A stretch of DNA of 64,000 bases from Phoronis australis (lineage: Eukaryota > Animalia > Phoronida). Below the pieces are notes generated by a model. The model saw only the letters and a program-made list of their open reading frames with translations, searched no databases and was not told the DNA's origin. The stretch lies in assembly GCA_002633005.1 (NCBI GenBank), contig NMRA01000211.1:570790-634789 (forward strand). Reading direction: 5' to 3'. Below, piece after piece: positions 1 through 13,256 of the stretch. The position numbers were made by a program, and so were the translations under genes. The first letter of the stretch is position 1. Every line of letters starts with the position of its first letter.

Positions 1-900
1 AACACCATTGTTTCGGTGCTTTTGCCATGATTCGATCGTGCCCCTGCCACCACGCTAGTAATAATAAAGGACAACTAGGCTTACGTGAACGTCTGTATTT
101 TAATCGGACAGAAACCGAAAGGGAAGTAACCAAATTATACATACGAATAAACTACACAAATGATGGCGCTAAGCACATGTGAATGATATGGCCTGCTTTA
201 TCAACAATGTTTGCAACTGCTTGCCAAACTGCTCAAGTTTGTAGCATTTCTTGGCGACACTAGTTGTTTTTGTTTTGTCGATTCCAAATATTAGAACAAC
301 TGTGTCTCAGCCACATATCACACAGATTTCCAAAATTTCGTACATACTATTTGCGTGTCTGCGAGAAGTGCTTTCTTTATCAATACAAGATCGACCTTTA
401 ATTGTAGATATGCGTAATCGTGGAGGCCTAGAGCTATTCATTTGATTAGAAGCAAAAAAGCAAAGCAGCGCAAAGGCATTATTGTCGTCACACGAAAGAA
501 TTGCGGCCTTGTTTCATAAGATTAACGCCTTGCTGAATGATAATTACATCTGCCTCTTTGTGGGTCGAGACAAAAACCAGGCAAGATGTTTGGTGCCCCT
601 TGATTACTTGTTTCTGTGCTTCATGTTTAACTGAATCTTGTGCCACTGCGTTGCTTTCGATAGGTGACCATCTTCACCTAATATCTGTTAGCACGAGCAG
701 ACATTTAGAAGAACCTTGGTGACTGAGATTTTTATAGTTGTATTGATTCCTGGTAACTTCGTCTTCATTTTAAACTGGTGAAAATGGGTGTTATTTGATC
801 GTTTCGACCTTGCCGTGCATCAGTCAGTTTAATGACTATAGAACTTCTAATACGCCAATCGTTTCAGTTTTGGGTTTCATGGATAGATATTACGACACTA
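1..900 (-). pseudogene. Decayed Academ-like transposase fragment (boundaries approximate)
   Basis: Minus-strand translation gives STHKEADVIIIQQ (568-530), then CDDNNAFALL and ICG*DTVVLIFGIDK (near 319-275). These match the HEEAD...DDTDVFVLL...GCDTV.FGIGK motif series I associate with Academ transposases. Many stops and frameshifts. Confidence 0.55.
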
Positions 901-2099
901 CTTCCAGCACAATCGTTTTGAGTTTCCACTTTCTAGGACTGCTATTCTCATTCCTCCGTGAACATAAAACATAGGCAGGGGCATGGACTCGGTGTAAAGC
1001 ATTTGTTGCAGGTTGAGACATCGGTGGCTCATGACAAGGCCAATCTTTCTAGCACACATTTCCTCTTGTTCCATAGCAGCTTTTTCTTCAAAAACACCCT
1101 TTTTAACGGTTAAGTGTAAGCACTTTACTCGGAAGTGAAGTATAAAATATACCGGGCCACGGTACTTAAAAATCTATCTGATCAACACCAATCTCATGAG
1201 ATATTGGGTTGAGCTCCATGTGACGTTCATGACATAACATGTTTTACTTTTTCAAAGCAAATTGTTTCCATATTAAACAAATTACAGATTTTTGTGCGAT
1301 CACGAGTAACAGCACGAATAGTTTTCTCAACACCTGGATTAATTGACTTTCGAGTTCCATTATGGAAAAAGGCATTGTATTTGAGGTAACATATGGCACC
1401 AGCAGCATGTAAATCTGACGGAGCAGGTAGGCAGCTACGGACAGTTGTGCTTCCTCCTCTCTCCGTTATTGATGAAATTCAAGCATGTATGACTGTTGTA
1501 ACCTCAGAGGCAGGCACTGGGTACAGTTTCTATATGTTTGTTTCATACTCATCTAGCACAAGGTTTTGTATCCTTAGAAATGAAACAGGACCTCTGGAAG
1601 TTGAACTCACCATGACTTGATCGCAACCGTTATGGTTTGTGTGTGACGTCTTCTTATGTATGGTCATACTTAGAAATACAGTTTTGAAAGTACGGAAGTT
1701 TCACGTTTGATTCTAGTATCCTAAATAAATATATAAACGTACAATATACAAAGAAATAAACAAAGAAATAAACAAAAACACACAGACACACCTACACAAA
1801 CACATAAACATGAAAAAACAACATAAGTGCATATATTTATGTTTTTTGAAGATTAGTGATTTAATTTTGAAACTCGATCATTCTGCTTAGGTCCAATGGA
1901 CAAAAATCCTCAGAACCGGGTTACCTGACATTTTAAAAAAGAATTCTAATATGTAAAACATTATGCTGAAATTTAGTTTCTAATGACACGAGGTAGCTAT
2001 CTTGACCACCGTCATAGATTGTGAAAAGAGGCAAGTCAGTGGCAAGTGGCCACCCATTCTCGTTCGGAGCACGTCATTAAGCTCTACAAAATGCCGTAA

Positions 2100-2565
2100 A
2101 ACCACGGTAATGAGACATTTGGTTAAGGTTAAGGAAATTCAGACGCCGGCGCAAAAAATAAAAACCCCTCTAGAGAGAGCCAAACTCGTCCGGAAATCAT
2201 CGTCTAATGCGGTCTCCTCCTTTTAAAATTTTCATCAGGATCATTCAAGCGGTTTGCCAGATAGAAAGGCAAACGCCAAAAACGGACTAGAAATTTTGAA
2301 AAATTGCCACCAGGTGGCGCAGAATCGTCAAAGTTGTCCGAAACTGGAAAATGTTGTTTTCTCATAGAAACAGATTTGTCCAATTTCATGAAAAGCCATC
2401 CAGAAAATCCAAAGACCCAGAGAAAAATCGAAACCTGTGGTCAGCTTAATAGAAACATGTCACAAATCTCATTAAGACCCTGTAAGGGTTCGGGAGAAAC
2501 AGTTGCGGACCGGGAACGCCCAAACCGAGATAACAGCAATATACAGAGTGTGAGCTCATAACTAT
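2100..2565 (+). repeat. Interspersed repeat (probable non-autonomous Helentron-type) with a CTCF-like motif
   Basis: Aligns by eye with 45780-46250 and with the subunits at 38030-39375 (AAATTTCATGAAAA..., CCACCAGGTGGCGC at 2307-2320, GCGGAC-type end). Family assignment is inferred. Confidence 0.5.
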
Positions 2566-3060
2566 TAGGGCGTTCTCCTGTTCAATGACCACGGATTGTT
2601 CTAATACCCCTCGACCCACGACACCCTCGACCCACGACCTTGTGGCAATAGAGGTATTTGTGCGCTTTTTATATATTTCATAATCTTATTACGTCGCTGA
2701 CTGACTTTCCCGTAAGACACACCTACACGTGAGCCTGCTCTGGCTCAAATCTGGTGATTAAAAATAAAAAGTGGCGTGAGAGCGTGGTTTGAATAGCGCA
2801 TTGTTAGCGCGCTATCGTTGTCACGGAAATAGTTCCACGAGTGGCTACCAATGGCTCAGTTCTACTAAACTTAGGGAGAGAGTGCATTAAGGTTATTGTA
2901 TATATTTTCATATTTTTATTGTTTATTTTATGTTGTATACTTATTTACAGTATACTCCATATCACGTTGAAATACTTTTTAGTAAACAGTTTTTTTTTCT
3001 AGCTGTATTTACTGATGAAATTACAGTTTTGACGATTCCTCGCACTCTCCGCAAACAAGG

Positions 3061-3637
3061 CTCGCTGGTTCCCTGCGTGCCACTAGGTGGGGCGGTAGCC
3101 GCGCCAGCACGCGGGTACCACTTAATTTTCGTCGGGAATTTTTTTACATCGGCGTTTCTAATTGGCTATTCGAATTCTCAATAGGCAGCGCTTTACGCAA
3201 ACAAACTGGCATGACTGATGGACTGAAGTGTAAATATGGTCTGTTGTACAGAGAAATCGGTGCTTAAAATTTATGTTCAGGAAATGTGAAGCCTAGAAAT
3301 TGTGATTGCGCCTTTTCAGAATGCATTTTTCTACTGTTGATGACTTTTGTTTGCAATAGTGTCCTGCTTACATAACACACCGGTTAAATCGGCCAGATAT
3401 GTGCTTATTGTACGCATGTGCTTCAAGCACGCGGCTATTAAACATCACTGCAGAAACGAAATAGTTGCTGCGACGCCACTTGCATGACAAGGCTAAAAAT
3501 CGTTCACAGTCTGCCATTTTTTCACGGTGTTGTAAAGCTAACCAACGATTTCCGAGGTTACATCGACCAATCTAAAGCGCGTGCCACTGCGTGATACCTG
3601 CGTGCTGGCTGGACTAAGCACGCAGGGAACCACCGAG
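3061..3637. mobile_element. 577-bp MITE with 9-bp TSD (Mutator-like)
   Basis: TIR CTCGCTGGTTCCCTGCGTGC / GCACGCAGGGAACCACCGAG. Flanked by a perfect direct repeat CAAACAAGG (3052-3060 and 3638-3646). Confidence 0.75.
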
Positions 3638-3929
3638 CAAACAAGGTTGAATTTGCCTTTCACTGAAGAGCACACCAGGCGATTAAACTCTGCCGGGAAC
3701 GACATTTGTAACGTTGGTAGGTCTTTGATTTGATTTGGTTGCGTTGTTTTTTTCTGGTTTTGGCAACTTTCCTAATTGACTCTCTTAATTACAAAAAGCA
3801 GTGGAACGCCAGCCGAGCTCACGGACCAACTCATTGATCCTGCAAGTCAGCGCTTGTTCTATGTTCAGATCGAATCGAGTTTGTAGAGTGGATCGAGGGG
3901 GTTGTGGGTCGTGGGTCGAGGGCGTTGTG

Positions 3930-4153
3930 CATAAGCGGACTTAAAGGGGGGGGGCATGCGGGTGAAACGAGACTGGCAAGAGTAGCTCCGTTTTTTTAGT
4001 CCTCCGGTTGTATTTGAGCAAAAAAGATCAATATCCTCAGAAGTTGGAGGCCCCCTACATTTTAGGCTGGGTGGGCGCATGCAAAATCGTGCTTTGCGCG
4101 TTTGCCTGAGACAGCATGTTGGCCTCCCTTATGGTATCCTAGGTCCAACACTG
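3930..4153. mobile_element. Small CA...TG MITE with 5-bp TSD (hAT5-like)
   Basis: CATAAGCGGACTT...CCCTTATGGTATCCTAGGTCCAACACTG, flanked by TTGTG/TCGTG. The 3' end matches the MITE at 35736-36019. Confidence 0.55.
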
Positions 4154-4212
4154 TCGTGGGTCGTGGGGTTTGGGGGTCGAGGGGGTCCAGGGGGTTTTAG
4201 AACAATCCCTTT

Positions 4213-7200
4213 ACCAGACCTAGAGTTGTTTTAAACGTGCGATAGCATGTTGATACTGTAAGAATGATTCCATATAAAAACCATATGAAAATGAAAAATC
4301 ACTATATACTCAAAAATTCATAAAGAACTAATACTTTGTGCATGTGTTGGGATGCTGGCCCAAAGTACACTGTTGCAATATTTGCACTCAATGACCTTTG
4401 GTTACCCAGATATGACCTATTTGGCTATAAAGTCATATTTTGCATTTTTTCATGTCAGTAAAACGGCATTTTTTGAAGGGCAAAAAATCAGACTTGGAAA
4501 ACCGGTGACAAAGTTTGACATTGATGGTCATAAAGACTCATGTAAGGTTAGTAAGAAAATGAAATTTGCAACTCATAGGTACAATTAAATTTCCAGCAGG
4601 GGAGAAAACTCCGAGACCACTTTTCAGGCCAGTCACAAGTGGCAAGATGTTGCTTAACCTGCCTGCTATATCGGAATATATTTGAAGTTGAAATTCTCTT
4701 TGTAGACACTTCTAAGATTGAACGTTGATAATTGCTTTTAAAAAAACTTGTCTCTTATATATTTAGTTTTAAACGTGACCCTCGAATTTGGGCATTTTTG
4801 TGATGTGGCGTTACTCTGACTGACAAGAGAGTTGAGGCTACTCTTTTAGTTTAGAGATATTACCTAAAATATATGATCTAATATCAACAATGCAATATCA
4901 CAAAAATTTAAATTTCACTTTTGAGACCCCAATTTTCACACTCCATGCTTTATTTAACTTTACCAATAGCACTTTAGGGTTCGAGTTTACATGCACTTCC
5001 TGTCACTGAAAAGAATATGGAGGAATTTCCCTCTTGTACATTTGGTAAATTTTCGTTACATACAGTACGTGTGATCGCGGAGGAATTGTGGCCTTCATTA
5101 GCTGTGTTAAAGACGTCAGAAGTCATCTCGTGTAAAGTGCCACAGAAGTTTGAAAGTATATCGGAATTACAGCTGATTCCCAGAGCTGGAGATAGGAGGT
5201 TGGACTGGCAAACCAATGGAAATGCGCCGTTATATATTTTCACATCGACATGAGTTTGGACTTGGTTTAAGACAAAAACTGACGTGCTGTTATCACGAAC
5301 ACACAGAATATTGTCAGAGGGATAAACCAGGAACAAGCAAACAAGATCTGATGTCATCTCTCAGTCTCACCCCACACCAAGTTTTGGTTGTAATTGATTT
5401 TGCAATGAAGTTCATACCCATCAGTTTCCCTGAAGCACAGTCCGACTGGTTCGGTTAAAAGGATCTCATGACACGTGGCGGCTTGTATCACAAAAAAGGT
5501 GAAAGCCATCAGGTAAAAATAAATCCTCAATTAGTATTCAAGGTGTTACAAAGTAATTCTCAGATGTGCTCAATATTAAACAGAAAGCCATTGATGAACA
5601 ATGTTGTTGCCATTACCTCTTTTTAGTATATTGATTTACTATAACAGTACAAGATACAGGGTGTGTGCACTTAATATCTAGTCTTTTTCTTGCCATTTCC
5701 CAACAAAAGCTTGACAGTGATGCATTATTTTTCTCTTAGTAGATTTTGCACACAAGCCTTCATTTTAACTGAAGCCATTTTGTATACTTATGGATGATTT
5801 TCATATCTTTGTGAAGGGGAAATTTCCCCCCTCCCTAGAAATGTTTTGAAGGAGCTACTGATATAATATATATATATATATAATAACCGTGTTGAGACGA
5901 ACCATGTTTGAAGTTGAGTGGTGTGATTGCGGTTTAGGTGGTAATAAGATATAATAAGGTAGTTATTTAAACTAGCTGACCTATTTGAGTTACATAGTTA
6001 TTGTATTTCAGGTACATACTTACATCCATTCTCTAGATGCCTGCTAGCGAGACTTTTTCACTGTTTGCTGTTTAACGCTAGGTGCGCTAAGGCAGGTGAA
6101 AGCTAGGGATCCACAAATAACGGAAGCTTTCCTACGCTCCAACAACGCCAATTGTTACCATTCAGCCGCCCTTCTGATTCATTTGTTCTACATCTGGTAA
6201 CACCGGCATCTCCATTCTGCGCTACGATTTCAATGAAAGTCGGAAGGGAAAAGACATCTGTGACTGGAAAATTGCACCCTTGAAGTCCCATGCCAAGTAT
6301 TTCGTCAATGAAGGCAACAACGTTCAAAATGCAGTCGACCTGAAACATGCGCTAGAGTCTAGAGGATGTGTCAAAGGCTGTTAGGTGTCGTCCTGTAGTG
6401 TGAATGCCCCAAAGGTCCTTCCCAAGCACAGTATCCCTGGGATAAGTTTGCTGACAAACTTTGAGTATTCCGCAGATGGCATTCGAGCATGGAAGGCCCA
6501 TAGAGTAGGGGAGGGAAAACTTGTCATCAACAAGTCATGTAAACTGTTGCCTCAGAAAAGTCTTGACCTTGCAACACTCGAGTGTTTTACAACTCCAAGG
6601 GTTGAGTCGGGGCTGGTATCCCGTGAACGTCATACGAAGTTCACATGCACACACTATGGGTGCTCTAAATCTTTTCCTACAGATGCTGAGCTAAATGAGC
6701 AGTTGGATGTTGGTGCTCATTCATCATCCCTCCAGAACGAGACTCAGTTCGACCACATTTCAAGACAATCTGAGATTTTATCTACTACCACAGCTGTATC
6801 ATCACCTGAGTTGTCTGCCGTTTACGTTGTTGATCAAGTCGCCGCAGGATTGGGCCCTAAAAAGTACTAGAAAAGCGGTCCGCTTCTCTGAGAAGGTAAA
6901 GACTTAATCCAGTGATGTATTTTCTGAAGGTGAACAGTCATTCAGTCAGGCAGAAAACAACAGCCAGCTGAGGTTGTATATATGATACGAGAAGCCAGGA
7001 ATAAGCAAAGAAAAGTTTTCTCCTCTGAAGAGTGGCTGTCGGAGTAGCAGATGGCTGGATTTTTTCCCGTATGGTTGCCGCGTCTCGAATCGGAAATATT
7101 CAGAATATTGAAGATGCTGATGCTGCTGCTGCCCACGAGTTTGCCTCAATGAATGAGTTGGAGCTTGAAGTCATGAATGAGTTATCATCATAAACTGTAG

Positions 7201-9035
7201 GAAATTATGAACATGTTTTAGTTGTTGTCTATTCTTACGATATTGTCATTATCGTAGCTAGGGGACTGGGGTCCACCCTGGGCGAAATTGGAAAAAAATG
7301 GAAGATGACGCAAATTAGGGGCTTCCATATGGGAGAGATTTGAGTGGTGGCTATTTGGGGAAAATAATCCAAGCCACTGATGGTCAACATTGAAATCTTC
7401 TGTCACTTTTTACTAGCGTTTTTTGTTTTATGTTCAGTTTGAGACTCGTAAAGCATACTTTTTACATGATTGATTCTCTTGAAACTACTGAGATTTTTAT
7501 AGGTCTGGAGTCATTATCTAGTTTTAAAAAACGTCTATCTTAGACATGTGTACTGAGCAAAATAAAAAGACTTTGTGTTTCAGTAGCTCTTGTTTTCTTC
7601 AAACAGAATGCAGTTTTTTGAAGCGTTGTGTAGAAATGCATCATACACTAAACCTAGCATACCTTCAAGAAACTGTGGTTTTGAGTCCGCTGCATGAACG
7701 GAATTTACATATTGTGAAACGTTTAGCTGGTAAGTGGCAACAACACCCAATAGCTTAAATACTTGTTTGGAAAGCCGGTATCTTGGATATCACTGAAAGT
7801 ATTGTTTTCAATCGTAAATATCCATACCTGTTATTTTTCTGAAATTGCAAATTCCACTGGCGCACTGCCACCAAGCTCGGCCGCTTTTGTGTAGTACAAG
7901 AAGCATTGCGTGACACTTTGTATGTCCAATAACACGACACTTCTCCTCGTATCCATCGTCCTCTTTTAACGTGTGATCTTGATTAGTTTTAGTATGAACT
8001 TTGCTATTAGTTTTAGAGGACTTTTTCATGCGCATATACAGGGGTTTGTCCAGGAGGTCTGAAAATGGACCAGCATGCACTGCAGGCAGTGCGTGGGATT
8101 CTTAGTCAGTTACGGTGTTTGAAAACTGGCCAAGCAATGGGTAATGGGCACCCTTAATAAGAATAAAAAGTGCTTCTCTGAAGTATGAGATGGTGATGGG
8201 GTTGTATTATTAACTCATAAGTACATTAAAATTGACTTTTTTGATTTCTGTAATCCTATAACAAATTTTTATTTTTGCATCAGCAAAACTGAAAATGCGC
8301 GAAGAAAAAGTCTCATATACAGCTTCCCATGATCTCCTTTGTCAGTAATGTAGCAAAACGAATGATATTTGTTCTATTTGGCATCTTGGTTGATAGATAA
8401 TTGCACAAACGAGTAGCGCCTCCTAGAGTCTTTTAATTAAACTGACAGTCACAGATTGGCAGAAAAGTGTGTAAGTGAGTTATGTAAAAAACTGACAGCA
8501 CAAAAACTATGAAAGAGACAAGATTTTTTATTCTTGCGTTGGGCTGAACAAAGACAGCAGTAACAGATGTAAGTTAACTCATGTTCCAAAAGAATCCGAT
8601 ATAGATTTGGGAGAGTGATAAAAATGCGTAAAAATGGCCTTAATAATAAGCAGTGAAAATGATACTTTTGTAGGCTAAAATGGGAGGACATAAAAAATCA
8701 AAAAATCCATCCGAACTAGTTTTTCTTGTACGTTATTCTTTCTTCTTTCTGCTATATAGTTATTTTTTTCTATAGCGTGAAGCGATGGTGTGTTGTTGCT
8801 GACAAAAAGTTACCTACTTCCAAGAACTATTATTTGTTATTTTTCGGAAAAAGTACAAAGTGGTCGTAAAAAGGGTTAAAAAAAAAAAACTAGGAAACTC
8901 TTAACAATTCAGGCTCAGGTTTCTTTTGACAAGGCCAGCTGATGTTTCAAAAAATTGTTGATTTTGCATATATAGCCCACCATCTGGTTTTTATATGGAA
9001 TTGCAATTAACTGCTAAGCACAGTCCTTGTCTGGT
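4213..9035 (+). mobile_element. Degenerate Sola3-like DNA transposon (ends approximate)
   Basis: Inverted ATTCCATATAAAAACCA at 4267-4283 and 8985-9001, and ACCAGAC/GTCTGGT at 4213/9035, bracket a transposase pseudogene. No TSD found. Confidence 0.5.
5017..7193 (+). pseudogene. Spliced, internally deleted DDE transposase pseudogene (Sola3-like)
   Basis: Motifs in order: ELQLIPRAG..HRHEFGLG..CCYHEH, VIDFAMKFIP..EAQSDWFG*KG, RSNNANCYH, RYDFNESRKGKDICD, a C2H2-like CTHYGCSKSF..LDVGAH, and WALK..RFSEK. GT-AG intron at 5513-6011. Multiple stops and frameshifts. Confidence 0.7.
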
Positions 9036-9579
9036 GTAACATCATGCAGGACAATAGGCTACCAGGTCTCAAAGTGTTACTGAAACCAAGCAGAACTGCT
9101 TTCGATATCCGGTAACAGGAAAACAAATATTAACAAGTAATGATGGTATCCGAGGTCACGTTTTCTCGGTTTGTTAACAACCATTTTATAGGCGTTGCCA
9201 TAGGGACTTGCTCCATGAAAGATTTAGGTTCAGATGGGAATGGACTCCTGTAAGCATTATTAACTCTCTCAGTTGCTCTAGAGCTGGATCAGTTGTCCTG
9301 GACTTCACCCAGAAACGTACGCATTACTGACGAACGGATCCCAGAGGCCAGTTTCATTAAATGCCGCACGTTGTGTCGTAGTTGGTCCTATGAGTAGGGC
9401 GGTCGAAGTCGTAAAGTGCATTTTCAAACTCCCCGTTGCGCTTATGTTTGGCCTTGAGTTCAAAGTTGACGTCACGCATAATAGGCCCTATCAAGGGGTG
9501 CGAACGTTATTTTTACACGGTCAAATTTCAGGAATCCTGATGAATTTTTAAAATTTTTTCACTTTAAGTTCAATTTTTG

Positions 9580-10270
9580 CTGGGCTAGATATGCCGCTCA
9601 TTTATGAACCCATTGTATTTCGAGTCTGAATCGAGTCAAAAGTTATAGATTAGAAGCTGGATGATAATAAAACATTGGCTGCACTTGATGGAGTTGTCCA
9701 TCTCTGCCGGATTTCCTGTCTAAGACATGTAATTGGTCTGTAAGTAGGAAGTTGTGATGTATTTACCGCTTAACCAGGAGGGGCTGACCAAGCCAATCGA
9801 GGGAAGCCATTGTTATCAAAATTCAAGACGACGTGAGAAAGCTAGTGTTTGGTCTTACCTACACGTTTTACTCACCAGGAGTACAACTTCTCTTTCCTTG
9901 CCCTTCAACTTCATAGTAGTTCCATCCTTTCTCATCATTCAAAAACCCAGGACAGAAATGGCTTATGCAATATTTCTCACACAATCCGAGGCGACTGCAG
10001 TAAGCAAACGCGTCACAAGACCTGTCGCTTTCACAACTTGCTGCGCAGTGTAACCGTGAAAGAACATGGAGCGACGTAGTATTGACGGAGCCAAGTCTAC
10101 GTTTGTTGACAAAATATTTTAAACCGGAGATACATTTGTCAGGAGTCGCTGGCTTGGGTGCAACAAAAAGAAACAACGCAACCCGTAAAGGCGTAAAGCC
10201 AACCATTATGCCCTAAGATGGTTGGCTAGTTAACTGATCTGAGAATCGATTGTAATGTAATACAGCTATG
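9580..10270 (-). repeat. Segmental duplication of exon 1 and flanks (paralogous to 46495-47197)
   Basis: Colinear similarity across the 5' flank, exon 1 and about 300 bp of intron 1. Also 10380-10510 matches 51850-51960. Confidence 0.85.
9876..10206 (-). CDS. Lectin copy A exon 1: signal peptide + PAN/apple domain (downstream exons not found in this window)
   Basis: ATG at 10206, hydrophobic N-terminus, and the PAN-type pattern SRLHCAASCESDRSCDAFAY..LC..GWNYY. Phase-1 donor G|GTGAGT at 9876/9875, the same position as in paralog B. Confidence 0.85.
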
Positions 10271-10274
10271 CATT

Positions 10275-10281
10275 TTTTATA
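10275..10281 (-). promoter_or_regulatory. Candidate TATA box of lectin copy A
   Basis: TATAAAA on the minus strand about 70 bp upstream of the ATG. Support is positional only. Confidence 0.3.
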
Positions 10282-13256
10282 AATAAGCCTACCAGTAATC
10301 ACGAATATTTTAATTCTAGTCTTCACGCCACCTGTTGGCCACATGTTTTGTGATTTACATTTCCAAGCAGTAAGACGTGATGGGACACACAGTTGGACTG
10401 GAATTTAGTGAAACCGACGTAGAAAAGCTCAACGTTGATGCTGTAAATTATGAGACTATCCCTCATATGCCGTCATCAATTTGGAACGCACTGCTTTCAA
10501 ATAAACGTTCTAACTTCGAAGGGAAATTGGTGTCACGGTCAACGAGGCTGCGTTTCGCCGACTCCTTCCTGGCGTACCTACGCTGAATTACAGATGCTGC
10601 CACGTAACCTGCTAATTAAGAAATGAGATGCACCACATTAGTCGAGATACGTACGTGTACTGTAGTATCTAGGAACCAATATTGGTAACAAAACCGGGTT
10701 TCGAGTAAAAACTCATAGCTTTTATGTTAGGATCATCAAGTGCAAACTAGAAAATCATTGCATACTTGAGCACAGAATTAATAGTAATATCAGAAAACGT
10801 ATAACCCAGAATCAGTGATATAGTTTTTGGTGTATCGGGGTTTGGAAATTGAAACTGAAATTAAATGATTTTTTGGGTGAGAATCCGATCGCTGAAACAA
10901 TATTGTTCAAGTTCATTTGGTCCCTAGAACACAAACTCAAGTCGATGTTTCATGGTCTTTGCTTGACTTTCCGTCTTAGTCCGATATGTCTTTAAGGGTT
11001 TAGTGACCTTATTCTCTCCAAGATATCTGTTGTTTTCTAGCAACGAAGAAACACAAAAAGTGACTACAGGATTACTAGTTGTACATTTTTACAGAGTGAA
11101 CACAAATTTGAAGATTTATTAATATAGCTAGCCTAAGTTTATTAGGAATAGCACAGGGTCGGAGAACGGGATACCCAAGAATGCTACACCCCAGTTGGTA
11201 CGGTAGATGGGTTGTTTCTGTAGATTTCAAGAGATGTTACGTTGCTAGGCAAGCTATTAAAATGTGTAATTGAGGAAAACCATCATTTTTGTATTCTGTT
11301 TTGTTCGTGGTCTTCTGATACTTGCAGTGTATTAGTGCCTGGGTATGTAGGACAGGGCAGATAGAGTTTGCGACCATTGAGATTTGTCATATTCATTTTG
11401 TGGCGGGATGTTGTCAATGTAAATGTACTCGTAACACAATTGTGTGCCAGTAAGTGTCGGATCCAACAGGAATGAGGGAATAAATTAGAGTTCGTTGAAA
11501 TCTGACTTTCGCTTAAGTGGGTTGCATGTACCAGTACGGTACATTAACTTCGCACTAGCTAGGCATTTCTCTTTTCCTGTGTGATATTACTGCGTGATGG
11601 TAATATTTTGAAATACTTCAAATGTTGCCCTTCTCGTTCTGGTTGGCCAATCAGATGGACTCAGTGTGCTTTTTATTGAGAGAAAAAAATCTGCGATTAT
11701 GCACATCATGGTCCGATCAAAGGGGTACACTGATTGGCGTAAAAATAATATTGGTAAAAATAACATGCAAATGCGTTTTTAAAAATCTAGCTTATATACA
11801 TGTATTGTAGTCGTCGTGTTGTTTTACAACAGAGTCTATGGCACAATTAATCGTTTGAAGTGCTAGACCATGTCGTTTCAAACTGTAAAAATTACCAGTT
11901 CACCACGCTTAGATGAATTTGGCTACTAGGACAAGTAATACTAGAGAGTTTAAGAAAAGTTACGTGCTGTCAATGAAGTAATTTTCCTTGAGACAACTCA
12001 GCACACCTTACAAGCGTTTTGTTTTTTGAAAAAACATCTGCATATTGATGTAATTATTATTCCTTGGTATAACCTGAAATAGACACTTCCAATCACTTTT
12101 CGGGAAATTGGGTCTGTGCAAATGCCTACTTCGATCTTTTGGCTTCGGCCACCCATGCAATAGTGTTCCCAGGCACACGTGGCTAGCCGATGTGTCTCTG
12201 CGTGTCTTACCAACCAGTACAGGGTGTTTTTGGTGTCATTTGTGCATTCTTCTTTTTTATTGAAATAATTTTGTTAACATATCAGTTTCTCTAACTCTAT
12301 CATTTTGCAAATTTTTGCTCCCAACTTTTATTCAAACTGGCCTATGCCCTCAATTCCGAATATGCACATGTACCCAAACATGTACAGTTCCACTGGTCAG
12401 TTGTTGGTTACTACACGACTTTACATGTACGCATACTGCTGTTTGCATGCTCATCGATTTCCATGGGTTTCTATTATTTTTTCTAAGTATTGTTCAATTG
12501 TTTCACACGGACGCATGCGCGAAATCTTTTTGTTCGAATAAATCAAGTGGCATCTGGTCAAGGCATTTTTAGACCCATACTAACAACTTTGGGAATGCAG
12601 TGATGTAATGGCTCGCCGGAAAGCGGCCCCCTTTACAGCTGATCGTCTTGTCGGTTTATAAATAACTGAAAAATAGATACTATACAATTATAACGACGAA
12701 AAAGGTCAATCACATTGCTGTATAATACCATTTTCTAAACTTTATACATTTCAGTGATTGCCTTTTCGACTGAGCCGGCAAAACCTCAGTCCCAGGCCCT
12801 AGCAGCACTACGTGAGAATTTCAGCCAAAGCATTGGGAATTTTGTCTTTCCAATGGCTTATATGACCGTTTAAGCAATGCGTGGGTCACTTGTTTACATT
12901 GCTTTATGTTGCCAATATTTTAAAACCTCTAAATTTCAGATCGGGCATGTGTGCGTGTCCCTCCGGAGACAATATTTATAACGCTAGATAACCTTCAGTA
13001 CACAGAAAATTAAGTCATCATTAATAATGCATACACACTTATTTGTTGTCACCTACCTATCATGCATCGATTGTCTATGGACGGTAAAATCCAATAGTAT
13101 TATTAAGCGCTTTTTTCGCCGCAAACTCATCACAAAAGCTATAGAGCGCAATGTAAAAATTAGCTAGTTAACTACCTACCACCGACGCCGGTGGGCATGC
13201 GCTAAGCATGCCGAATTCGAAACCGTGAACTGTATTCGGACAGCCTCGTCTCTGAC

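Larger units (their letters stand above)
2593..4208. mobile_element. Non-autonomous TIR element containing two nested MITEs
   Basis: GGATTGTTCTAATACCCC at 2593 and GGGGTTTTAGAACAATCC ending at 4208. Inverted subterminal CCTCGACCCACGAC repeats at both ends. No clear TSD. Confidence 0.65.

Noticed and set aside
9754-10079. Plus-strand ORFs similar between 9754-10053 and 46750-46977
   Set aside because: Antisense shadows of the duplicated PAN exon, with non-ATG starts and no independent motif.
10662-11995. TIR element upstream of copy A (TAGTATCTAGGAA / TTCCTTGAGACAA)
   Set aside because: The inverted match is short and mismatched and there is no TSD.
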